A DNA stretch of 24,000 bases from Thermanaeromonas toyohensis ToBE (GTDB lineage: Bacteria; Bacillota; DSM-521; Neomoorellales; Neomoorellaceae): NCBI RefSeq assembly GCF_900176005.1, contig NZ_LT838272.1:677587-701586 (forward strand). Reading direction: 5' to 3'. Both the position numbers and the translations under genes were made by a program. Shown here piece after piece: positions 7,023 through 14,741 of this stretch. The notes beneath the pieces are model-generated. The model worked only from the letters and a program-made list of their open reading frames with translations. It was not told where the DNA came from and did not search any database. Every line of letters begins with the position of its first letter. Positions within the stretch are counted from its first letter, which is position 1.

Positions 7023-8033
7023 ATGACTTTGAATACCATTTGGTTTATTTTAGTGGTAATCTTGCTGGCCGGCTACGCTGTTTTAGACGGATTCGATTTA
7101 GGGGTGGGGATCCTTTATCCCTGGCTAGCTAGGGAGGACAAGGAAAAACGAGTACTTCTTAGCGCCCTGGGACCTTTCTGGGATGGGAACGAAGTGTGGT
7201 TGCTTACAGGGGGAGGGGCCCTCTTTGCTGCCTTTCCTTTGGTGTATGCCACGGTTTTCAGTGGCTTTTACTTGGCCTTGATGTTAGTCCTCTTTGCCCT
7301 AATCCTGCGGGCTGTGGCCATAGAATACCGCAACAAACTCCTAGAAAAGAAACAAGCCCTGGATGTGGCCTTCTTTCTAGGAAGCCTACTGCCTGCCCTC
7401 CTCTTCGGGGTAGCAGTAGGGAATATAGCCAGGGGGATTCCCCTGAATGCAGGGCAAAATTATGCGGGTACTTTCTGGACCCTTCTTAACCCTTATTCTC
7501 TTCTCCTGGGGCTGGTGGGCCTAGCCGCCTTTATTCTGCAGGGAGCGACTTACGCCATGGTTAAGACCAAAGGGGAGATTTACCAGCGGGCTCGTACCAT
7601 CGGCGAGTTGGCCTGGTGGTCCTTGGTAGGCCTGTACCTTTTGGCCACCCTCTATTCCGCCATAGAAGCTAGACACCTTTTTGCCAACTACGCTAAAACC
7701 CCGCTTATTTATGTTTTCCCCCTTTTGCTGTGGCTGGGTTTGGGGACAACTTTAAGGGCTTTGCGGCGGGAGAAACCCCTGGCAGCCTTCGTGGGTTCCT
7801 CCTTGATTTTGGGTGGTATGGTGGCTACCTTGGCGGCGGGCATGTATCCTAACCTGGTTTTTGCCACCGATCCTGCACTTAATTTAACCATTTATAATGC
7901 TTCCTCTTCGCCCCTTACCCTGAAAACCATGTTTATCATAGCGGCGCTAGGGGTACCTTGGGTTCTTTTCTATACCGCTTACGTTTATTACGTATTCCGG
8001 GGCAAAGCTGAAGAAATAGAAGAGGGTTATTAA
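7023..8033 (+). CDS. cydB: Cytochrome bd oxidase subunit II
   Basis: WFILVVILLAGYAVLDGFDLGVGIL and GPFWDGNEVWLLTGGGALFAAFP are typical CydB motifs. The protein is a polytopic membrane protein and sits immediately downstream of cydA. Confidence 0.93.
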   Translation: MTLNTIWFILVVILLAGYAVLDGFDLGVGILYPWLAREDKEKRVLLSALGPFWDGNEVWLLTGGGALFAAFPLVYATVFSGFYLALMLVLFALILRAVAIEYRNKLLEKKQALDVAFFLGSLLPALLFGVAVGNIARGIPLNAGQNYAGTFWTLLNPYSLLLGLVGLAAFILQGATYAMVKTKGEIYQRARTIGELAWWSLVGLYLLATLYSAIEARHLFANYAKTPLIYVFPLLLWLGLGTTLRALRREKPLAAFVGSSLILGGMVATLAAGMYPNLVFATDPALNLTIYNASSSPLTLKTMFIIAALGVPWVLFYTAYVYYVFRGKAEEIEEGY

Positions 8034-8105
8034 ATAATTTTCCTGCTGCCAGGGGATAATAAGGGGTGAAACAGGAACAATAACCCTTGGCAGGAGGAGA
8101 TCTCT

Positions 8106-8678
8106 ATGACCGCCCATTACGGAGCCCATGAGGTTATGGAGCTCCACGAAGTGTTAACTGATACTATAGATGGCATAAATCAATTTCAGCTGTACCGGCC
8201 CCATGTAAAGGATCCCCAGCTCCGCTCCATCCTAGATAAGCAGATCCAGTTTATGACCCAGGAGTACAATAATATGGTGCAGGCTATCAACCAGCGGGGG
8301 ATAACCCAAGCCATACCTTATAGGGGGCCGCGCCGCTTCAACCCCGTATATGGACTTCACAATCCCTCTCCGCAGGTGCCCAACACGTCCATAGAAGAGA
8401 TGGACGACCGGGATGTGGCCAGTGGGATGCTGGGATGTCATAAGGCCTCGGCCGCCTTCAGAATGATGGCTTCCCTAGAATGCGCTGATCTGGAACTGCG
8501 CCGGATGATCCAGCAAGGGGCCGTCAACTGCGCCGAGCAGGCTTATGAAGTGTGGCAATATATGAACCAGAAAGGCTGGTACCAGGTACCTACTATGAAG
8601 GAAACTACTACCAGTACCATGATCAATACTTTTGCCCCTGCTAGTCCAGGGCCCATGAGGTACCAGTACCAGATGTAA
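8106..8678 (+). CDS. Spore coat protein F-like (CotF/Coat_F family)
   Basis: The N-terminal GAHEVMELHEVLTDTIDGINQFQLY and later LECADLELRRMIQQ resemble the Coat_F repeat pattern. An AGGAGGAG SD lies 6 nt upstream of the ATG. Confidence 0.7.
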   Translation: MTAHYGAHEVMELHEVLTDTIDGINQFQLYRPHVKDPQLRSILDKQIQFMTQEYNNMVQAINQRGITQAIPYRGPRRFNPVYGLHNPSPQVPNTSIEEMDDRDVASGMLGCHKASAAFRMMASLECADLELRRMIQQGAVNCAEQAYEVWQYMNQKGWYQVPTMKETTTSTMINTFAPASPGPMRYQYQM

Positions 8679-8682
8679 GGGA

Positions 8683-8706
8683 GGAGGGAGGCCTAGGCCT
8701 CCCTCC
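8683..8706. terminator. GC-rich perfect palindrome GGAGGGAGGCCT/AGGCCTCCCTCC between the convergent cotF-like gene and yhbH
   Basis: The 24-nt perfect palindrome starts 5 nt after the cotF-like stop. On the + strand it is followed only by a short TTT (CTAAGTTTGGG), so it would be an intrinsic terminator with a weak U-tract. Confidence 0.5.
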
Positions 8707-8834
8707 CTAAGTTTGGGTGCAACCACATAGATGCTCCTTTGCTGGTGTGAACGCGAGGTATTACCAGCCTCGTTATCTAAGGGCAAAATACTAAAGTACT
8801 CAAGTAGGAAGGGTTTTACTGGCTAGAAGCGAAG

Positions 8835-9986
8835 CTAGAGCGCCCTTTTTCTCTCTCGGTGACTAAAAAACTGCTTAAGGGCGTAATAAACGTCGCTTTT
8901 TTCTTTTATAGAGATAGTTACCAGACGGGGATCCTGGATCTTTTTAAAGACGTTCATCAAGGTGCTAGTCCGGTAGTAAGGGTTGACTATCTCGCCGTAA
9001 CCGAACTGGTTTACCAGGGGGAGCATTTTTTGAAGGAGTTCCAAGCAGGCCTCATTGTCTGAGGGTAAGTTATCCCCATCGGAGAAGTGAAAGGGATAAA
9101 TATTGTAGTCTTGTGGTGGATATCGCTGTTCTATTAATTCCAAGGCCAGGCGGTAAGCTGATGAGCAGCGGGTTCCCCCACTTTCGCCCTTAGAGAAAAA
9201 TTCCTCTTCAGTAACTTCCCGGGCTTGGGTATGGTGAGCGATGAAAACTATCTCAACCTGCTCGTATTTAGTACGCAAAAAGCGTACCATCCAAAAAAAG
9301 AAAGTGCGGGCGATATACTTTTCATAAGTACCCATGGACCCCGAGGTATCCATCATGGCCAGGATTACAGCACTACTCTCCTGCCGGATCCTTTCTTCCC
9401 ACGTTTTAAAGCGCAGGTCTTCAGGCTTAAAACCTCCTATACGAGGGTGGCCTAGCCGGGCGTTGCGCTTGAGATTTTCCAGAAGGGTGCGCTTTTTGTC
9501 TAGATTGCCCATTATACCAGAGCGTCTTACGTCTCTAAATTCATAAGCCGGGGCGGCTTGCCTGGGTTTCTTTTTTTCCTGCCAGTTGGGCAGTTCCAGA
9601 TCCCGGAACAAGAGCTCTTCTATCTCTTCTAAGGTCACTTCCGCCTCGTAGTAATCCATGCCGGGCTGGTCCCCCGCTCCTGTGCCGCGTCCTCCTCTGT
9701 GGTCTCCTTCCCGGGCAATAACTGTTCCCTTCCCTGTATGCCCGCTCCCTTGGCCTACGTGGCGACCCTGGTTTAGATTAAAGCGAAAACGATACTCTTC
9801 CAAGCTGCGAATAGGAACCTTTACTATCTTGCTCCCACCCGCCAGGATTATATTTTCTTCTGTAATGATATGGGGTAGGTTTTTCCTTATGGCTTCTTCT
9901 ACCTTTTCTTGGTGGCGCTGTTGGTCCAGGTAGCCTTTCCTATGCAGAGACCAATCTTCCCGGGAGACGATAAAATCGGTTTGCAT
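8835..9986 (-). CDS. yhbH: YhbH/YeaH-family (DUF444) sporulation/stress protein, partner of PrkA
   Basis: The translation from ATG 9986 reads MQTDFIVSREDWSLHRKGYLDQQRHQEKVEEAIRKNLP, matching my memory of B. subtilis YhbH residue for residue. A VWA-like region AVILAMMDTSGSMG is present. A GGAGG SD lies 9 nt upstream of 9986. The track's GTG 10040 adds 18 non-conserved residues. Confidence 0.9.
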   Translation of the reverse strand: MQTDFIVSREDWSLHRKGYLDQQRHQEKVEEAIRKNLPHIITEENIILAGGSKIVKVPIRSLEEYRFRFNLNQGRHVGQGSGHTGKGTVIAREGDHRGGRGTGAGDQPGMDYYEAEVTLEEIEELLFRDLELPNWQEKKKPRQAAPAYEFRDVRRSGIMGNLDKKRTLLENLKRNARLGHPRIGGFKPEDLRFKTWEERIRQESSAVILAMMDTSGSMGTYEKYIARTFFFWMVRFLRTKYEQVEIVFIAHHTQAREVTEEEFFSKGESGGTRCSSAYRLALELIEQRYPPQDYNIYPFHFSDGDNLPSDNEACLELLQKMLPLVNQFGYGEIVNPYYRTSTLMNVFKKIQDPRLVTISIKEKSDVYYALKQFFSHRERKRAL

Positions 9987-10104
9987 ATTTTGGCACCTCC
10001 TTAAGCTGGCCTTACCTAGCTTCGCAGACGGGTCTTGCACTCCAGAGTAATGTCCCTTGCGATGCTGCCGCGCAAACCTCTGCGGGAGTAAGCCTATAGA
10101 ATTA

Positions 10105-11997
10105 TTATCGGTTGAGCAAGCTTCCCACGTATTTCAGGAGTTCATTAGCGCAAATGGAACAGTACCCGTGCTCGGAGATAAGCCGGTCAATAACAGCATT
10201 GATGCGCTTAAGCTGCTCCGGGTCAGGGTTGCGGGTAGAGGTGGTAATTTTAACGATATCCCGCATATCAGCAAAAAGTTTCTTTTCGATAGCTTCCCGC
10301 AGGCGCTCATGGGAATTGTAATCGAACTGCTTGCCCTTACGGGCATAAGAAGATAGGCGTATAAGGATCTCTTCCCGGAAAGCCTTTTTAGCGTTTTCCG
10401 TTACCCCGATCTGCTCCTCAATGGAACGCATTAGCTTTTCATCCGGGTCCAGCTCCTCACCAGTGATGGGATCTTTGACCTTGGTGCGGTTAACATAGGC
10501 TTCCACGTTGTCCAGGTAGTTATTAAAAAGGGCACGAGCGGATTCCTCATAGGAGTAAATAAAAGCCCGCTGCACTTCTTTTTTTGCTATTTCGTCATAC
10601 TCCTGACGAGCTAAGGCAATATAATTGATTAATTTTTCCCTTTCTTCCTTAGTAATAGATGGGAGCTGGTCCAACCCCTCCTTTAGGGCCCGGAGGATAT
10701 CCAGAGCATTAATGCATTTAGTATCGGAAGTGATGAGGGCGCTGGCTATGCGGTTTACTACATAGCGGGGGTCTACGCCGCTCATACCTTCATCCTCTGC
10801 TTCGCTCATAAGCTCTGCTACGTCCTTTTGCTGGAATCCCTCCACATCTTCGCCGTCGTAAAGCTTCATTTTTTTGATCAGGTCCATACCTTGCTTTTTA
10901 GATTCTTTTAAGCGGGACAGAATGGAAAAGACCGCGGCCGCCCATAAAGCGTAAGGCGCAATATGCACATCGATGTCGGCCTGGCGGATTAATTTCTCGT
11001 AGATTTTAACTTCCTCGCTCACCTTCAAATTGTAAGGTATGGGCAGCACCCAGAGGCGGGATCTCAGGGCTTCGTTTTTAGGGTTGCTGATAAAGGCACG
11101 ATATTCGGTTTCATTAGTGTGGGCAACGATTAATTCGTCGGCCGAGATAAGGGCAAAACGGCCGGCCTTGAAATTTCCTTCTTGGGACAGGCTTAAGAGA
11201 TTATACAGGAATTTTTCATCGCATTTTAACATTTCCTGGAACTCCATTAATCCCCGGTTGGCTTTATTCAGCTCGCCGTCGAAGCGATAAGCTCGGGGAT
11301 CGGATTCGGAGCCATATTCGGCTATAGTGGAGAAATCAATGCTGCCCGTCAAATCTGCAATGTCCTGGGATTTGGGGTCCGAAGGGCTAAAGGTACCGAT
11401 GCCTATTCTTTTCTCTTCCGAAAAAACTATCCGCTTCACTGGTACTTCCTCTATCCGGCCACCATATTTTTCTTCTACCATTAAGCTGCAGTAAGGGCAG
11501 AGGTTCCCCTCAATGTATATACCGTATTCCTCCATGAACTCTTGGCGTAGCTCGTGGGGGATAAGGTGCAGGGGTTCTTCGTGCATGGGGCAATCCTTTA
11601 TGGCATATACCGCACCTTCATCCTGGCGGGTATAGCGCTCTAATCCCCTTTTAAGGAGGTTTACCAGGGTAGATTTACCCCCGCTTACCGGTCCCATAAG
11701 GAGGAGGATGCGCTTGCGCACGTCCAACCGCCGGGCAGCCGCATGAAAGTATTCTTCTACTAATCTTTCTAGAGTTCGGTCCAGCCCGAAAAGTTCATCG
11801 GCAAAAAAGCGGTAATGCTTTACTCCGTTAACTACTTCTACGCCTGCAGAAACAATCATATCATAAATGCGGGCATGGGACAGTCTGGCTATCTTGGGGT
11901 TGGCGATGACCATCTCGAGGTAATCCTTGAAGGTTCCTTCCCAAGCAAGTTTTTTTTCTTCCTGGCGGTATTGCTCAAGCCTCTGGAGGATCTTCAT
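10105..11997 (-). CDS. prkA: PrkA-family AAA+ serine protein kinase/protease-like protein
   Basis: At 630 aa it compares with 631 aa for B. subtilis PrkA. The N-terminus is MKILQRLEQYRQEEKKLAWEGTFKDYLEMV and the Walker A motif is LLLMGPVSGGKST. It lies directly upstream of yhbH, as in Bacillus. Confidence 0.95.
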   Translation of the reverse strand: MKILQRLEQYRQEEKKLAWEGTFKDYLEMVIANPKIARLSHARIYDMIVSAGVEVVNGVKHYRFFADELFGLDRTLERLVEEYFHAAARRLDVRKRILLLMGPVSGGKSTLVNLLKRGLERYTRQDEGAVYAIKDCPMHEEPLHLIPHELRQEFMEEYGIYIEGNLCPYCSLMVEEKYGGRIEEVPVKRIVFSEEKRIGIGTFSPSDPKSQDIADLTGSIDFSTIAEYGSESDPRAYRFDGELNKANRGLMEFQEMLKCDEKFLYNLLSLSQEGNFKAGRFALISADELIVAHTNETEYRAFISNPKNEALRSRLWVLPIPYNLKVSEEVKIYEKLIRQADIDVHIAPYALWAAAVFSILSRLKESKKQGMDLIKKMKLYDGEDVEGFQQKDVAELMSEAEDEGMSGVDPRYVVNRIASALITSDTKCINALDILRALKEGLDQLPSITKEEREKLINYIALARQEYDEIAKKEVQRAFIYSYEESARALFNNYLDNVEAYVNRTKVKDPITGEELDPDEKLMRSIEEQIGVTENAKKAFREEILIRLSSYARKGKQFDYNSHERLREAIEKKLFADMRDIVKITTSTRNPDPEQLKRINAVIDRLISEHGYCSICANELLKYVGSLLNR

Positions 11998-12158
11998 GAG
12001 ACCCTTCCCCTCCCATAAAGGGCTATTACTATATTATGAGGGGTAGCCATGAAAAAGAAGGTAACCCTTGGGAGCCCTGGCTACAAAGAAGGAAACGGGC
12101 ATCTAAGGCAGAATTAATATAAGGGCGCCAGCAAAAAATATACGGCGGGTGATAGGGG

Positions 12159-12536
12159 TTGGGTTATAAATATGAATTTACTTGGGTTATCCGGCTTCCG
12201 GTGGATCGACTACCTAAGGAACCTGGAGAACAAGTAGGTCAAGGGGAAAACTTGATCCTATGGAAGAGGAGTAGCGGGAATATAATCTTGGGTTTTTTTC
12301 GCCATGGTCATAAGCTTGCCCATCCAGTGGGGCTTGAGGCCTTGATTGTAACCAAAAGCGAGGAAGTATTGGGGTATGGGCGGATAGTTAAATCTGAAAT
12401 TTATCAGCATCCAGATGGGTCCCTTACCACGGTGGTAGAGTTTTCAGTAACTCGCCTCTTTGACGAGGAAGAAAAGAGGGTGATTACCAAGGTTTTCCGA
12501 GAGATGTATGGTAAGGAGAGATATTCTACGGTATAA
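12159..12536 (+). CDS. Hypothetical protein, 125 aa (no family recognised)
   Basis: ORF with a TTG start, 5 nt after GGGTGAT(AGGGG). It runs divergent from prkA. Coding-like composition and the absence of a competing ORF are the only support. Confidence 0.5.
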   Translation: MGYKYEFTWVIRLPVDRLPKEPGEQVGQGENLILWKRSSGNIILGFFRHGHKLAHPVGLEALIVTKSEEVLGYGRIVKSEIYQHPDGSLTTVVEFSVTRLFDEEEKRVITKVFREMYGKERYSTV

Positions 12537-12572
12537 TGTAGCCGATATTATCACTAATAAGGGGGTTTTTCC

Positions 12573-13310
12573 ATGCTACCGGGCAAAGATTTTACTGTTA
12601 GAGCAGACGGCCTCCTGGAATTTGCCCCTGGGATCATTCACCCTGAGCCGGATATTCGCCGCCTGGCTGATGCTTTGCCAGTTTTATATGCCCAGAATAT
12701 AGCGCCTAGCGATCGTCCTCTTTATTATATGTACCGGGGTGTATGCTGGGCTAAGGATCAACCTGTCTTTACCCAACATGATATACGTTACGATATAACA
12801 GTAATTCTCCCTGGTACTATAGAAGGAGAATATATTAAGACGGTAGGGCATTTTCACCCTTTAAAACCCCATTCGGCAGAAACCTACCCTGAGTACTATG
12901 AAGTATTAGAAGGGGAAGCCCTTTACTTGTTACAAAAGAACAATCGCAGCGGTGACGTGGAAGAGATCATAGCTGTAGAGGCAAAAAAAGGGGATAAGGT
13001 ATATATCCCTCCTTCTTACGGCCACGTAACCATAAATCCCGGTTCTAGTATCTTGGTTATGGCTAATCTAGTGGAGAGCAATTTCTCTTCTTTATATGCT
13101 CCTTTTAAGGATAAGAAGGGAGCTGCCTATTACTACTTACAGGGACAAGGGGAAAAGGGAGAATTCGTAAGGAATCCCAACTATCAAAACTCTGTGGCTT
13201 TGAAACTTATGGCTGCACCCAGCCTACCCCAGCCTACACCCGCTGTAAAAGGTAAATCCCTGTATGAGGCTTTTTTGGCCGACCCAGAAGCTTTCAAGTT
13301 CCTGAAATAA
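12573..13310 (+). CDS. Cupin-type glucose-6-phosphate isomerase family protein (archaeal cPGI-like, PF06560-type)
   Basis: TVGHFHP...YPEYYEVLEGEALYLLQ...GDKVYIPPSYGHVTINPG reproduces the H-x-H / E / H metal-ligand pattern and spacing of Pyrococcus cupin PGI. An AAGGGGG SD lies 8 nt upstream. Confidence 0.7.
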   Translation: MLPGKDFTVRADGLLEFAPGIIHPEPDIRRLADALPVLYAQNIAPSDRPLYYMYRGVCWAKDQPVFTQHDIRYDITVILPGTIEGEYIKTVGHFHPLKPHSAETYPEYYEVLEGEALYLLQKNNRSGDVEEIIAVEAKKGDKVYIPPSYGHVTINPGSSILVMANLVESNFSSLYAPFKDKKGAAYYYLQGQGEKGEFVRNPNYQNSVALKLMAAPSLPQPTPAVKGKSLYEAFLADPEAFKFLK

Positions 13311-13325
13311 ATGCCATAATCTACC

Positions 13326-13360
13326 AGCCCTGGGGAATTTAACCCCCGGGGCTAGTTTTT
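13326..13360 (+). terminator. Rho-independent terminator after the cupin PGI gene
   Basis: AGCCCTGGGG-aatttaa-CCCCCGGGGCT forms a 10-bp stem with one bulge and one G-U pair. It is followed by AGTTTTTAT. Confidence 0.7.
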
Positions 13361-13422
13361 ATCTCGCTATAGCCTTTCTGGGATTAGCTTTGTTTTAAAT
13401 ACAAGGAGCGGAAGACGAGTCT

Positions 13423-14712
13423 ATGCAAATTAGTATGCCTTATGGTAGTAGCACCTTATCCATCGAGGTACCAGAAAGTAATATTATTGGCATTCTCGAG
13501 CCCCCGGCTGTGCCGGCCCTAGAAGATCCCTTCGGAGCCATCAGGCAAGCTTTACTCCATCCGCTGGGGGCTAAACCCATCTCGGAGCTAGCTAGACCAG
13601 GGATGAAGGTGAGTATTGCCATTTCCGACGCCTCCCGGCCCAACATTGAAAAATGGATCCTCCCGATGGTCTTCGAGGAACTAAGTAAAGCTGGGGTGAA
13701 AGACGAAAACATTACCATTATCGTGGGTACAGGTTCCCACCGGCCGGCCACTCCTAAAGAGATCCTCGCCATGGTGGGTGAAAAAGCTCAGAAGGTAAAG
13801 GTGCTTAATCATTTTTCCAATAGCAGCCCCTTGGTGAACCTTGGCAAGACTTCAGGAGGCTACCCGGCCCTGGTGAACCGGTTTTTCGTGGAGGCAGATC
13901 TCAAGATAGCCTTAGGCACGGTTTTGCCCCATCCCCTAGCCGGGTATAGCGGCGGTGGTAAGGCCATAGCGGTGGGGCTTTCCTCCAGCGAAACCATAAG
14001 CAGTATCCATACCCCGGCCACCCTGGATGATCCTTGTTGCGGGCTGGGGAAGGTAGAAGGCAATCCCTTCATCCAGTTCGGGTATGATGTGGCGCGGCTC
14101 TCTGGCCTAGACCTTTTGATCAACGCCGTGGTCAATGAAAAAGAGGAAATTATTGATGTAATCTGTGGTGAAGTAGAGATTGCCCACCGGACCCTCATTG
14201 AACGTTCGGCCCGCCGGGTTTACGAAGTGGAATTTCCCTCCCCTGCAGATATAGTTATTGTATCCGCCGGCCATCCCAAAGACAATAACCTGTATCATGT
14301 GGCGGCAGAAGCCTTAGGGACCATCGCCGGTAACGGGGTGCAGCACCCTTGTGTTAAAAAGGGCGGGACCATTATTGTGGTTTCCCCTATGGGTGAGGGT
14401 ATTTACAACGAAACTATGTTTTATGCCTTAAGCCAGGCTCCGCCGGCGGAAGTAGTCCGGCAATTAAGGGAAGCCAAAATAGACCGGCCAGGGATGCACC
14501 GGGCCTACGCAACGGCGCAGATCCTTTGCGACCACGAGGTTATTTTCGCTCAGACTCTCTTGGACCCGGAAATAATCCGGCAGATTCATATCAAACCTAT
14601 GGCCACCGTGGCGGAAGCGTTGAGCTACGCCCTAGCCAAGCACGGCCGGGAAGCCAGCATCCTGGTGATCAAGAATTCCCACCGAGTAGTACCGGTGTTA
14701 AAGCGAAGCTAA
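13423..14712 (+). CDS. LarA-like nickel-pincer-cofactor-dependent 2-hydroxyacid racemase/epimerase homolog (DUF2088 N-terminal domain)
   Basis: By eye it aligns along its length with L. plantarum LarA: ISDASRP vs SDHTRP, GTGSHRP vs ATGFHRP, PHPLAGYSGGGK vs SHFFAGFSGGRK, and SSIHT vs ANHS. Confidence 0.8.
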   Translation: MQISMPYGSSTLSIEVPESNIIGILEPPAVPALEDPFGAIRQALLHPLGAKPISELARPGMKVSIAISDASRPNIEKWILPMVFEELSKAGVKDENITIIVGTGSHRPATPKEILAMVGEKAQKVKVLNHFSNSSPLVNLGKTSGGYPALVNRFFVEADLKIALGTVLPHPLAGYSGGGKAIAVGLSSSETISSIHTPATLDDPCCGLGKVEGNPFIQFGYDVARLSGLDLLINAVVNEKEEIIDVICGEVEIAHRTLIERSARRVYEVEFPSPADIVIVSAGHPKDNNLYHVAAEALGTIAGNGVQHPCVKKGGTIIVVSPMGEGIYNETMFYALSQAPPAEVVRQLREAKIDRPGMHRAYATAQILCDHEVIFAQTLLDPEIIRQIHIKPMATVAEALSYALAKHGREASILVIKNSHRVVPVLKRS

Positions 14713-14741
14713 ACCCGCAAGACATCGGGAGTCTAACTACA

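Noticed and set aside
9987-10040. GTG 10040 as the yhbH start.
   Set aside because: The extra 18 residues are not part of the conserved YhbH N-terminus and no properly spaced SD is present. ATG 9986 has a GGAGG SD 9 nt upstream.
11946-11960. Homopolymer runs: A8 on the coding strand near the 5' end of prkA, and T7 plus a poly-Phe codon run in the DUF1614-like gene (about 17372-17395).
   Set aside because: Both are in frame and encode sensible residues (EEKK, FFFFF in a membrane protein). There is no evidence of a frameshift or phase variation.
11998-12060. Attempt to place sigma-E-type sporulation promoters upstream of prkA (and likewise upstream of spoVR at 17880-17971), as known for B. subtilis.
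   Set aside because: CATAATAT-like and CATTATGT-like -10 candidates exist, but I could not find a -35 element at an acceptable spacing, and my recollection of the consensus is not exact enough. No promoter is called.
14526-14741. Upstream 72 codons of the MFS ORF, overlapping the LarA-like gene.
   Set aside because: The peptide is hydrophilic and Arg/Pro/Gly-rich, unlike an MFS N-terminus, and it overlaps the well-supported 3' end of the LarA-like gene. ATG 14742 begins directly before TM1.
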